Shown one piece after another: positions 39,564-56,277 of a DNA stretch of 64,000 bases. The translations under genes and the position numbers were made by a program. Numbering within the stretch: position 1 is the first letter of the stretch; every line of letters begins with the position of its first letter. Location: positions 124,001-188,000 of the forward strand of contig WELA01003597.1 of assembly GCA_009602735.1 (NCBI GenBank), written 5' to 3'. The stretch is from Mesotaenium endlicherianum. Lineage: Eukaryota. The notes beneath the pieces were generated by a model. The model was given only the letters and a program-made list of their open reading frames with translations. It did no database searches and had not been told where the DNA came from.

Positions 39564-41434
39564 GTGTGCGGGGGCTCCACAGTGCCCTTTTGAAGAACAC
39601 TGCTTTGACCCCAGGAACATGCACACGTGATTGCACGCAAGAAGACAGCGTGAGGTGAGTGAGAGGGAAGCAGGCAGACAGTGCGTTGGGAAAGTGTGCC
39701 ACCTGCCACCACGGCATCGCCCGAGCCCGACCTCTCCGCGGAGTAGGGCGCCAGCAGAACGTCCTCTGTGCCCTCCACTGAGCCGTGGAAGTGGGGTGTG
39801 TAGTAGTGAATCCTGAGCGTGCCATCTGTCACAAACAGAGCGCTCAGGTTGTCGTGCAACAGGGGAGCGAGCTCCTCGACGGAGTAGTGGTGCTCCCACC
39901 GGGGGACATCGTCGTCCTCGGGCATCACGCCAATCGTGACGGCCTCCTTGCGCGGGTTGTCCTTGCGGGGCCCCACGTCGTACTCGATGTAGATGGGGCG
40001 CTTCTTCTGGAAGTTGACCCGGGCGGTGTCGCCGGGCTCCACCCCGTAGAGGGGATCAATCTTGCGCTTGCGCCGGTAGAGGGCCTCGTCCAGAAGGAAC
40101 TCCAGTTCCTCCACGTGCACCTCCACCACGTCCGCCTGCCCCCACAGCTCCTTGATGGTGTCCCACGTGCGCTCCCGCGACTTCCACATGCACATTGGCA
40201 GGTTGGGGTCGAAGAACACGGCCGTGCCCCTCTTCCTCGCCTCCTTCACCGTCGACAGCAGCGTCGTCCTCAGAGGGTCCTGCAGCAGGCTCAGCGCCGT
40301 GCAATGCAGCAGCTTCGCCTGTTGCACGCCCGGCAGGCACGCACACACAAACTCACAAGTGATTCAGATCACCAACTGCTGAAGGCAGCCACAGGCAAGA
40401 GCTCACTTGATGCCCGTGTCAATGTCGCAGGCCCCAAGCATGTTGATTGGCCATGGCAACGAGCTGCAGATGACCTGGCAAGGAGGAGGGGTTAATAATG
40501 CAGAGAAATCGGAGGTGCGAAGGGTAATGAGGTGCCAGGGCAAACTTCATGAGGATAGGGAAGAGATTGTTGGTGGCAGACACATATGTACCTCTAGCAA
40601 GATTCCCTTCTTCACGTCTTTGACTTTCAGATTAGCTCCGGCAGGCTGCGTAAGTGGCTCAAGGGCCCACTGCTCCTGCTCCCTTCTCAGCTCTACCTTC
40701 TGGACCTGCGACCTCAGCTTCTTGTCGAAGACCACTCCCCGGGTCTGCACCTGGTTCTTGTTCATTTCTTGGACAAGCTTTCTGCCAGCTTCGTCGTCCC
40801 CTACTTTACCCACATATGCTACCCTTGCGTTAAGCCTGGCCAACGCAATAGCCATGTTAGAAGACGGCCCTCCAGGCGTCCTCGCCCATTCAGGAGGTAC
40901 TGCTTGCAGGTTGCGCCACGTAGGGTACAAGGTGTGATCACACTGGACAGGACACACTCTGACGAGTGGCACGAACTCATCTATGGCTTCCCCCATGCAG
41001 ACGACAAGAGGAGGCCAATCAAATTCGTAACCTTTCAGATCTTCCTCGTCATCCACCTTCTCTACTACCGTCGGTACCTCCTCTCTTTTAACAATAGCCC
41101 TGAGCTCATCAGAATCGCGAGTCTTCTCCTCTTCATCATCTGAGCTAACGGCCTCTTTCTTCTTTCGCGTACTGGTTCTCTTTGCCTTGGGCTTCTCGGA
41201 AGCATCTTTCACAGCCTTCGCTTTTCTAGTGGGTGTACTTCTGCTTCTTGGACCTTCTTCATCCCCATCGCTATCAGCAGCAGCTCTACATTTTAAACCC
41301 GTTAATAGGCGCGCAGCACCAGAACAGGGCGCAAAGAGCCTACCGTCCAAGCGACCATCCACGTTCTGGTTGAGGACAAATGCGGAAGAGTGAAGCGAAA
41401 GTAGGCTTAACCTGTTTAACACAACAGCCCCCAT
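39160..41434 (-). CDS. FLN: Plastid fructokinase-like protein (pfkB family, PEP-associated FLN1/FLN2 type)
   Basis: Three exons (41434-40592, 40318-39703, 39347-39160): transit-peptide-like N-terminus, DWPPLVVCMGEA..EFVP, PPEWARTPGGPSSNMAIALARL, GKVGDDEAG, FFDPNLP, LFVTDGTLRIHYYTP, GTEDVL, SGSGDAVVAA, IIAQWTTGAVRCFPTE, EQIYIP. Confidence 0.92.
39470..39560. repeat. Compound microsatellite (TG)n(AG)n in FLN intron 2
   Basis: Alternating TG/CG run followed by about 20 AG units. Confidence 0.95.
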
Positions 41435-41717
41435 GTTAAGCTTCCAGTTCGATAACTCCAGCTGGAGACATGCTAATCTAACAAGTAATATGCAACAAAC
41501 TAGCTCTCGTGAAAGTCACTAACACAAACGTAAATATTTTCACTGACGTTTGGGAGGAAACAGTGAAGCATGCGAGCATAAACTCCAATATTCGGGGTTT
41601 AGGTCCGGGAGCGCGGTTTAAGGCAGGTAAAACCTCCAGCCCAGATAAGCCCATTTCGTCGTAAGAAGCAATAAGAAGCATCTCATACAAAAGATCACTA
41701 CAAATTGGCGAAAGCTA
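41435..41717. promoter_or_regulatory. Very short divergent intergenic region (putative bidirectional promoter) between FLN and XK-1
   Basis: 283 bp between the ATG at 41434 (-) and the first ATG at 41718 (+). Confidence 0.6.
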
Positions 41718-46616
<4,899 letters not shown>

Positions 46617-47185
46617 CTCTCAATAATCAACAGCAAGGAGGCGCACCGGTCGCTTCGCAGTTTGTGTCCTTACAACGTCAACCATATAGAGTGGTATCAT
46701 ATTTTTGGTCCAGTTCTATGACATTGCATCAGTGTCTTAACCTGAAATCAATCATTTATAAGTATCTTCTTTCTCGAACTAGTACTTTTGTCTGCCGTGG
46801 ACAGCTTTTTGATCCCTCATGTATGCAGCACATCATTCAGAGTCACGAATTTGGCAAAAAGATAGTCGTACAATAATCCATTTTAAGCAGGCTTAACAGA
46901 AATAAGTCAAGAACATGCACAAGCAGGCGCCATATGATTCCCTTAAGCTTTGCTTTACAAGCTCGAATGCGTAACTTACTATACATTATCTCCCATATGG
47001 ATGCCTGCTCCACCAACTGTTGCTCGGGCTAGCTGCATATACAGGCTGAGGCCCACGTCACATGGTATTCCATGTCTTCTGCAAGCTTAAGTATATTGCA
47101 CTTATAAAATGAAAAAGACGTGAAAGTTCCCCACAGGGAATGCGCTAGAATAATTTGTGTGTTAGACCAGGTAAGGGTAGCAACT

Positions 47186-50100
47186 CTAGAGTGGTATGAT
47201 GCTTGATCGCCTACTTAAGCTACCGCGATGCTCTCTGGATGGAGGAGCCGGGGGCGGGAGTAGGGGTACACTTGATGGAACTGCCTCTAGGATCAGATTG
47301 GTGCTGGCATTAGACCTGATGGTCATTTCTATCTCTTCCATGTGCTGCTGCTCTGGCTTTCTTCGAGATCCTGCAAGGCCCAATAGAAGGTTATTGGTAT
47401 GAAAATAAAGATATAAAAGATATTAGACAGCAGCTATAGCTTTTAAGCATCATTCCAACAAGTTGAGCTTAAATTAAAAGGGGTCGGTGGGTGCCCCCCT
47501 TCCCACCATTGGCATGCTCCTCATTGTTTGGTGTCACCCCAAAGAAGGGCGTCAGATACTTCTTGTCAATATTGGCGAAGGATGTCCTGCATAGACAAGG
47601 AGGCAAGGCAAATGAGCAACAGCCTCATATCTTTTCTGGTCGCTTCTTGGTATATCCATTCATAAGCACTTGCAAAGCAAATCGCGCAGATGTTCGCTCC
47701 CTTATCTCCAAGAGTCAAATGCCAAACTTGAATGCATATCAGTGGCAGGTGCAGGCACGCAAGCACGCAAGCCAGACCCCCTTCCATACTCACTCCTTCT
47801 TGAGCTTCTGGAGCTTCTTCTTCAGCCTGGCCTTCTGCTTTGCTAGCACCTTCAGACCTGCAAGTTCCTTGTCCTCCTCCAGGTCTATGTCCTGCTACCA
47901 TACATGGCCCATGTCTCAGTACATTTGTTCCACACGCAACGAGTAAATTCCTCAAATAGAACTGGGGTGTAAGAGATAAATTGCGGCTTTGGGAGCTTCA
48001 GGTAACAACGAGCCGTTAACCATGAATCTATTATCCGAGTAGCTGAAAGAAACCGGAATGTATCAACCCAAACAGGCATCACCTGTAGTTCTACTTGAGC
48101 ACATGAGAGGGCACCAATGGCAAAACAGCTGGAGACACCAAGGCATACCAAAGAAGCCATAAATTTCATCTGCCCTCTTATGGCACGCCTCTTCAACTTG
48201 GGTTGGTACCTTGCGATGAGTTTACCAAAATTAGGGACTTAGCTAGTTCTAGAGAAAATAGAAGAAAGAAGAAGGGATTGCAGATCTTTGGTGGGGGTAT
48301 CAGGGTAGGCAACCACAACCTCATCAGCAACCCCACCCTTGTTGGGGCCGTCCCGATCCTGCACCACACAAGCAAAGAAGCATCACGCCCATTGCATTCC
48401 TCATCGTGAGAATGCACGTCACATGTATGCTCCCTGAAAGCACAGGGCTAGGGCTGGGAATGGTCTCTCCTGCCAGATTGGAGGCGGAGCCATCAGGTGA
48501 CAGGACAACCGGAGAGGGAGCTCCTGAGTGACGAATGCAAGAAGAATGCTTTAGGCAGTCGGGCTAGCTTCCGCATGGCACCAGCGTGCGGAGGGTGAGA
48601 CAAGTGGCTGAATGCTGGACTTCTGAGCAAGCAAGAAGTAGGAGTCAATGGTGAAGCGCACCTGCTCTGGCGCGTAATCAGGGCCGTGGCATTCGATGTT
48701 GAGAACGCGCAGCATGTAGGGCGTGCTTCCTCCTATCGTCAGCACCTGCCGGCTCACGCATGCCCTGATCCATCAGACCAGCCTTCGTGGAAGCTGGCAA
48801 AGCGACGTACTCACTGCTTGCCCACTCTTACAATGCAGAGCACTGTGTGGGCATACAAGATCTCAGACAATGCGGCATTGGTTTCTGAAGCCCATCTTCA
48901 CACGGCAATGACATCAACTGGGAAGGACTTGTCGGGCGGAGCACCGTGTGACACCAGCAGCTAGAACAAATAGCAGCACAAGCCTACGAGCACTTGACCT
49001 ACTTTTTCATAGATACAATCTACATGGAAGAGGCCCTGACAGGAGCTATCCCTCTATGTCCAGGGCAAGGCCACAGTTAACCACCAAAATTGGGAAGAGG
49101 GGGGGAGGGACTCGTGAGGACAAGCGGGCCTGATTGATTGACTGCCACTTGCAGGCGGGCAACGACAGTTCCCATCTCTCTCCCACAACGGCAGGTTGCT
49201 GCAAGTTGACTCGGGACTGGAGGCAGAGGCTTACTGTGAAGAGGATGGTGAAGAGGGAGGATGTGAGAAGCACGCGCCCATGGTTGTCCGGAAGATCTGC
49301 CACGGACTGCAGTGCCAGCGCGAATGCCATAGCTCCTCGTAGCCCTGTGGCCGTCACACACATGAGGAGAGAGAAGTTGTGCTTCAAGAGATGCCCTTCT
49401 TTACACCAAACGTGCCCCAGCAGTCAGAACCTTGTTGTATCTTCATTAATCGCAAAACTCAGTCTTGCAAGGAACTCAAGTGAACAAACTTCATAGACGT
49501 CAAGAGGGAAGTCAAGTGGCGAGTGCGCATGTTAAGAGGTCAATGATGAGAGGTACAAGCATTCTGTACCAGCAGGCAGAAGGGAAGGGCGACCAAAGGC
49601 TGACCTCCAAACCAGAGGGCAATCTGATGAGACAGCGGAATTTGTCTCTCTGCAGGCCTGAACCGGTTCACTATGTAGGAGAGAGGGAACACATTCAGCA
49701 CCCTGCTCAGGCACCATCCAAAGAGAAGGCTCAGTCATACATCCTCTGCCTACCACATCCTCTACCTACCACCTGGATTAATCAGCTACTCCGAAGATCG
49801 ATTGTCGCACATGAGTTGTCCCAGGGGTAAGAAGTAAGGAGGAGCATCTCACCTCGCCAGGAAGATGCTGAGCTACTCCAACCAACATGCCAAATACCAC
49901 AAAGCCGAGGAGTGAATGAATGTTAGCTTCTTGAAGGAAACAGTGGGCTAGGCTAGGCTCTCGTCATATTGAAACACAAAGTTTAGAACATTTAGATTAT
50001 ACTGGAGACAACTGCAGTATAGCAAACACCCGCCAGCACATTGCCATGACTTTAGGTTGAACAGTGACTCCATAAGCATTCAGAGAAAAAGCTATGAACG

Positions 50101-53100
50101 GCGTATGTCGTGTAGCAGAAAAATGGGAAACGTAGAGGAGGTTACAATGGTGAAGAAGGTGAAATTGTAGTCGTGCCAGCTCTGTTGCTCCAAAAACATC
50201 GCAACTCCCATGTAGATGAATCTGTCAACAGAAAGTAAACGCATCAAAATTCACTCTGGGAGACCCTACCCATAGTGGTAGTGTGAACATCAAAGCATGT
50301 TCAGAAAGGGAGAGACCAAAAGGTAGAGTTGGTAATTCATCTGATGTCACTCATGTGCTTACACAAAGGTTTCAGATAGCTTGGCGAGCATTCCAAAGAA
50401 ACTGCCCGTGATCTCCTTCGCCTTTTCTGACAAGTTGGGCGCCACGTAGTACTTCATAGTCTGCTCTCATACACCAGAGGAGCCACGGGAGTACCATGAG
50501 CATGTGGCTGGCCCGTGGTGGACCCGTGGTGTGCTGTCCGGACACTCGGCCAAGAGTCCTGGCTAGAGGAATGCTTAAGTAAAAAGCTGAAGGTTATGCC
50601 AGCAGACATCCACCCAATACTAGCGGTTATTAGAATTTCAGATTACATGTTGTCAAGAAAACACAATGAGAGTTAAGCCAAGGATTTATTCCCTTGACAA
50701 TAGAGCACAAAGAGCAAGAGCACTGATGTCATGTAAGGTAGAAACTGAAGAATAGGTTGCTGATTCAATTTCATTCTCTTGAAGTGCTTTTCATCCTTTG
50801 TCCTTTGGTAATGGAAAAGGAAGAAAGAAGAGCCACGTGCCAGACTGGTGAAGAGACATCAAAGTCGTGATTCACAGGAGATCCCAGCCGAATAGAAGTG
50901 GACAGAGCAAAATCCTAAATTGCAGCAGCTCTTGAAGTCATTTTTGAAGGGTGAGGGAGAAGGAGAAAGGTAGGAGGGAGAAGCGTGACCCCACAATGCC
51001 AGAAAAGAGGATGGCCACAATGCCTGACAGCTCCAGTGCGTCCGCCATCATGTACGCCATGTATGGGAAGAGCACAACCAGACAGGACTGCAGCATGCTC
51101 AAACTGCGGACATAAGCAAAACATTCAATGCTTCACTATTACCGCCGTCTTCACCATTTGTGAATACAGCGGAACCTTCTTTAAAAGCAACAAGAGATTG
51201 TCTTGAACCAGAGGAAGTCAATTGAAAATACATGTAGTAGCCACTTGCTACCTGGGCTGAAATATGTCAGTAGCATTAGTATCCAGAGCAAGAAACCGAC
51301 CAAAAAAAAACCTTGAGAAAATAATGTATTGATGAGTGATACAACATATGCTAGCACGGCCTTATGGGACACCCATTCCATACCAAGAAGGTCAACACGT
51401 AATATTCCAAAGTGGTCCCACCAAGGGTTTGGGTTCAGGGTGTCAGATTTATATTGCCGACTGATTAATCCTACACAAAAGGATGCCAGTAATGGGCATT
51501 TTTTGTCATGATCGTGGTCTTTGCAGATGTAGCAATGTGTGGATACCGTGAACTGCCTTACCATGTCAACTTTGGTTGCAGTCAACTGCTACACAGCTCG
51601 TGGAAAAGCCGGAGTGTTTGTGCCAACATTTTTCACAAGGAGTAGAAAGAAGGGATGCAGGGGCTCAAAGGAGATTGAGAGATGATGACCTTTTATCTTC
51701 AAATTGGCCGTGCTTGAAGAGCAATGCGCTGAGCAGCCCCCACATAACACCTGGCATTATTCACACCTTTAGAGGGCTAGTTAGTTTGTTCCGCCATTGC
51801 CACTCAACTCTCCAACCACAAGCAATTCTCACAGGCATAGGAGGTACCTATAGTGTCCTAAGCACCTCTGAATCTGGTTCTTATCTGCTAGCTCATTTTC
51901 TCTCCAGTCTCGGCTCTCCCAGCATGGGCTTCTTCAAATTTCTTCTAGGTCAAACTTTATACTCCTATTTTTATGCTAAAAATGGCGTTGCCTTGGTACT
52001 GGAACAAGGAAGATTGCATGCTAATTGAGCCTGGAACATCTGAGGCTGAATTGAGGAGACAAGGTGTTCATTCATAAGGTCAAGAAGGCCAACCTATGGA
52101 AAATGAGCCAACAAAGATGACAATGAAGAACCACAAGGCACCAAGTATGCCTCCACCACCACCTGGACTGTTAATGAAAGATAGAACTGTCCTGCACAAA
52201 GCGTTGTACAGATTCCTGACACCTTCAGAGAAGGTCCACTTTTTTTGATGGCCACGGCTTGAACTTCACTCAAAAGGCTGCACCTGAACTGATAGGACAC
52301 TGAATTGTCAAGCTGCAAGCAATCGTCACGAGACACACATCACGAAGCTGACCACATTACAATTACTTTTTGTGTTTTAGATCGGCTTTTCACCACACAA
52401 TACCAGGGTACATGATCAGCGTGCTTGCTGCATGGTAGTACGATCAAACAGCTGGCAACAGACATCCTTTTCCCAACTCCGTCTCGAGCACCAGGTTTGC
52501 ATCTAGAAGTGATAAGAGTTCCTCTCACCTGTACATCACGATCGCAACCTGTCAATAAGATGCAAGAGCACCTGTTAGAAGAAGCCGATTGATCCTTTGT
52601 CAAGTACCAGGATGCAATATATTTTTTCTGAAAGCAATATCGCAGTAGGCATACTCCTTTATCTGTGAAAAGAAATTTCACAAAGACGTAGAGATGATGG
52701 GAACTTACGGCATCGTTGAGCACCGACTCGCCAAAAACAAATGAGTACAGGTTGCCATCAACTCCAAGCTCCTGCCAATGATGCAATAAAAACACTTCTA
52801 TGAGGAGCATTGCACAGCTCAGAAAAGTATTTCTGTTCCTCATAGTCAAACACAACACCTTAATTTGTCTATTCTCAACATAAGAGCACAAGGTGTGGCT
52901 ATGAGGCTGCCTCTATCAAGTATGCTGGAAGTGGCCCAAAGGACAATATTTGGACCCATACATAATGCACCACTTCCTTTTTCTCAGAGAGTAGACGTCA
53001 ACTTTATTTGTAAGACTAAGGGCTAGGATGCAAAAAAAAACCGCTCACATGGAAAATTGCAAGCACTGTGACTGGATCGGTGGCGGAGATCAAGGCGCCG

Positions 53101-55257
53101 AACGCGATGGCCACGAGGAGAGGCATAGAATGGGCCCACTGTAGCTGCCCCACAGCATACCTGCACATTTTCAAAGCGCAATAGGAACTCCAAGTCTTGA
53201 GGGGGATTATCATACCCATTTGGGCTTCTATTGTGGAACGGCTTCAGCCTTACTGTCATGATTTTCCAAAGTGATGCACGCAATCTTTAACCAGTCTAAT
53301 TCCTGGCCCAATGCATGTATTAGTGAACTTCAAGTATTTGTTGATAGACCTTCACACAATTCTCATGAATATGATATTAATGTCTTCTTTGCTAAGGACT
53401 GTGTAAAGCAATTCAAAATCTCACAAGCAGCTGACTTTTGGCTAACAATGGGCTTACAATCAAAATGTTCATATGCAAAAACTGCTTTACAGCTGGGTTG
53501 ATGTGTCTCACATAATTGTGCCGACAGTGACTGCCGATATGAAAGTTCCAGCAAAAGCATAGGCGCATATTGCTCCAAAGTTTTTAAAAAATGTTTTCTG
53601 CGCATGGGGGCACATTTATCAATGTAAGAGAGCTGTCTAGCTTCAATTTTATGTACATCATACAATAAGCAAGCAGGAATGATTTTGCACAATTGTACGA
53701 ACACAATCTCAGTCTAAAATTAGGAATTAGCTATATGTGAATGAGAATCAAGGATACAAACTTGAAATGCATGTGTGCTTGTGGTTAATTTAAGCAAAAT
53801 GAGAGGGAAAGTGGCCACTGCATGCTTGAAACGTGTGGATACTTACGGACTGCAGGCTCCAACCTGATTCAGTGCTCCACCTCTTAAGGTCAAGGTTCAG
53901 TTACTTCTCCTAAACAGCTGATATTGCGGGATTGCAGCAAAAGCATCACATACAAGTATGAAAGTACGACTTATTGCATCCAGCCGATCATTTTGTGCAC
54001 CAAATCTGCTGAATATATCTAAAGCGGCGCTTGTTGGGGATATAAGATGATGGGCGGCAGCAGAAAGTAAAAGAAGAAGCTGTTGTTGAAATTGATCCAC
54101 AATCTGCAAAGAGTATTTGACAGGATTTCAGTATATAGCCCGAGGTTCTTCCGCATGCAACTCCAAATAATGCCTAAAGAGGTAAGCTTGAAGCCAACAA
54201 ACTTTTTAGGCTTGATAAAAAGCTCGATCAGATATCTGGTATAGTCATGATGCTGGAAAGCCATCAGATGTTGATGAACAACCCTTTACCTAGCCAAGCA
54301 GAAATCTGCAGAGTTGTGTCAATTATCTGACGTACTTGTATCCTGCTTGTATTCTGATTTGAAACTTATCGTCCACATAATGTGTTTAGAACCGAGCTGA
54401 AGGCCGTCAAAATCAAGGAGTGCAACACATGATGTGGCAACATTGTCAAATCTAAGTATGAAGTATTCAGTCTCTACGTAATGCTTGCAACTGTTAGGTG
54501 CTTGCAACATACATGTTACTGCTTACAGGCTCACTGAATGCTGCCTGTGTCTTGTTCATATAAAGATAATGCTAATTGTACCTGAACTCTGAATGGTGCC
54601 GAAGGAGCTTCACCAGGAGTCCAATGAGCACACCTAAATGAACACGCACCAGTGTCAGTCCGCTTGGGTCCAGGTCTGTCCCGCTTAATTAACCTGATTT
54701 GTAAGAAATAAGCATGCAGCTGCTAGTACTCCAGCTCTATAAACTTCGTAGATTTTGCTTCAAACCACACAATTATATTGTAATGTCTTCACGAGCTCCA
54801 TCCTTGCAATTCAGAAGGATAACCGGAAAAGAGGCTGTTGCAAGTAGATAAGTTTATGAACTTCATACAGCTCGATGTTAGCTTGTCATAATGTTGCACT
54901 CATACTTGTTGAGAATGAACATGACGCTGTTCGTGATTCGTTTCTAAGCAAGCTGTAAGTGGAACGTTCAAGCCGTGATCCTACTTTCTTCTGAAATAAG
55001 TGATTAGAAGTACCAAATCCGAGCCCGATGGCAGCCTCATGAATGATGACAATCTTTTTTCTCCGGAGAATGTACCCAGCAATGAAGGTAATTGCTAACA
55101 TCATTAGCTGCGTAAGTATGGAGACGCTAGCTACAAATGATGCATCACTCGGAATTTCAGTAGTGGAGAGTTGTTGCCCATTAGGCACGGTCATGGTCGT
55201 GAAATATGCACTTAGACCTTCTGCAGATACATTGAAATCAGGCATATTAGATTCCAT
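47186..55257 (-). CDS. NHX: Endosomal Na+(K+)/H+ antiporter, NHX5/NHX6 (NHE8-like) clade
   Basis: Many short exons: ILTQLMMLAITFIAGYILRR..IHEAA, FFFYFLLPPII|FESGWSL, FFKNFGAI, FGALISATDPVTVLAIF, LYSFVFGESVLNDA, LFPYMAYMMADALELSGIVAILFSG, LSETFV|FIYMG, GLRGAMAFALALQS, FTVLLVGGST, SFANIDKKYLTPFF. Confidence 0.93.
53872..54043 (-). other. U12-type AT-AC (minor spliceosomal) intron in NHX gene
   Basis: Donor ATATCCCC follows ..CCC ATC ATC TT. Branch-like AACCTTGAC lies about 18 nt before the acceptor ..GAGCAC|T GAA TCA GGT. Splicing restores the conserved LLPPIIF-ESG. Confidence 0.85.
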
Positions 55258-56277
55258 GTCCTCGAACGTCCCTTTGCTGATGGTTTTTTATATCTTAGCT
55301 TCTTTTCTCATCATCTTGAAGATAAGCTGATGTCGTGGGCATGACAATGTTTCTCATCGATCTGAACGGCAGATTGCTTTATCAATGATAGTGCTTGCGA
55401 GTTATAAGAGCTATTAGAGCTGCCGAGACGTCTCACAAGAAATCAATGCCTTTGATAACCAAAGTAATCGTTATGTGGGGTGCTTCTACCGTATCTTTCG
55501 TAATTTTGCTAGGATGGGGGTAGCTCAGCATACGTGGCCTCGGTTGTGTTTGCCGCTGGAGGTGATACTCCCTCCAGCAACTATATGTTGGCAACCCGCT
55601 TTCCGTGTCTCCGGAAGTGGAAGTTAGCCTAGTGATGCAGTTTGTTCATCGGCCGAGGCAGGTCGAGGTGTGGGTAGAGAAGGGACGTACTGCACAATAC
55701 ATATACCCGACACGTATAAAACGGAGTATTGTCAGCGCGATTCATGATGTATCTTTAGTTTTGTATATCCTGACAGTACTATTTGTCCAGAATCAAATAG
55801 TGCACTCCAAGTGACCGAGTACGAATATTGTTGTTTCGGTGTCAAGTCATGAAATAAAAGGAGTAAATTAAGTTCCGATAGTGCATGCGGGCTCTCCAAC
55901 AATTAAGATGCTGGCCTAAGCCAAAAAGTGACACCAACAATATGGCGCATCACACGTAACTAGCGGACACCGTAGCCTTAGTCGCATCCTTGCTTGATAA
56001 GTGACTGCAACAAGCTGGCACGCTTTGGCTACTGTGGGTGGATATAAGAAGGCAGGATGTTATATGTTGACTGATGTTGACTAGTGCTTGGCTTACGCTA
56101 GGAAGCAATAGGAGCCATGCCGTTTACTGCGAGTAGTTCAGCCGCACAAACACGGAGAGAAGCAGGAAGCGGGCTTTTTAGTTCCAGGAGCCCAACTCAA
56201 ATCCGTGCACATTGTGGATTTTGGAGCTGCTCTTTCTCAAGAGGTTGAGTTGCTACAGAAGAGTCAATTATCTTACG

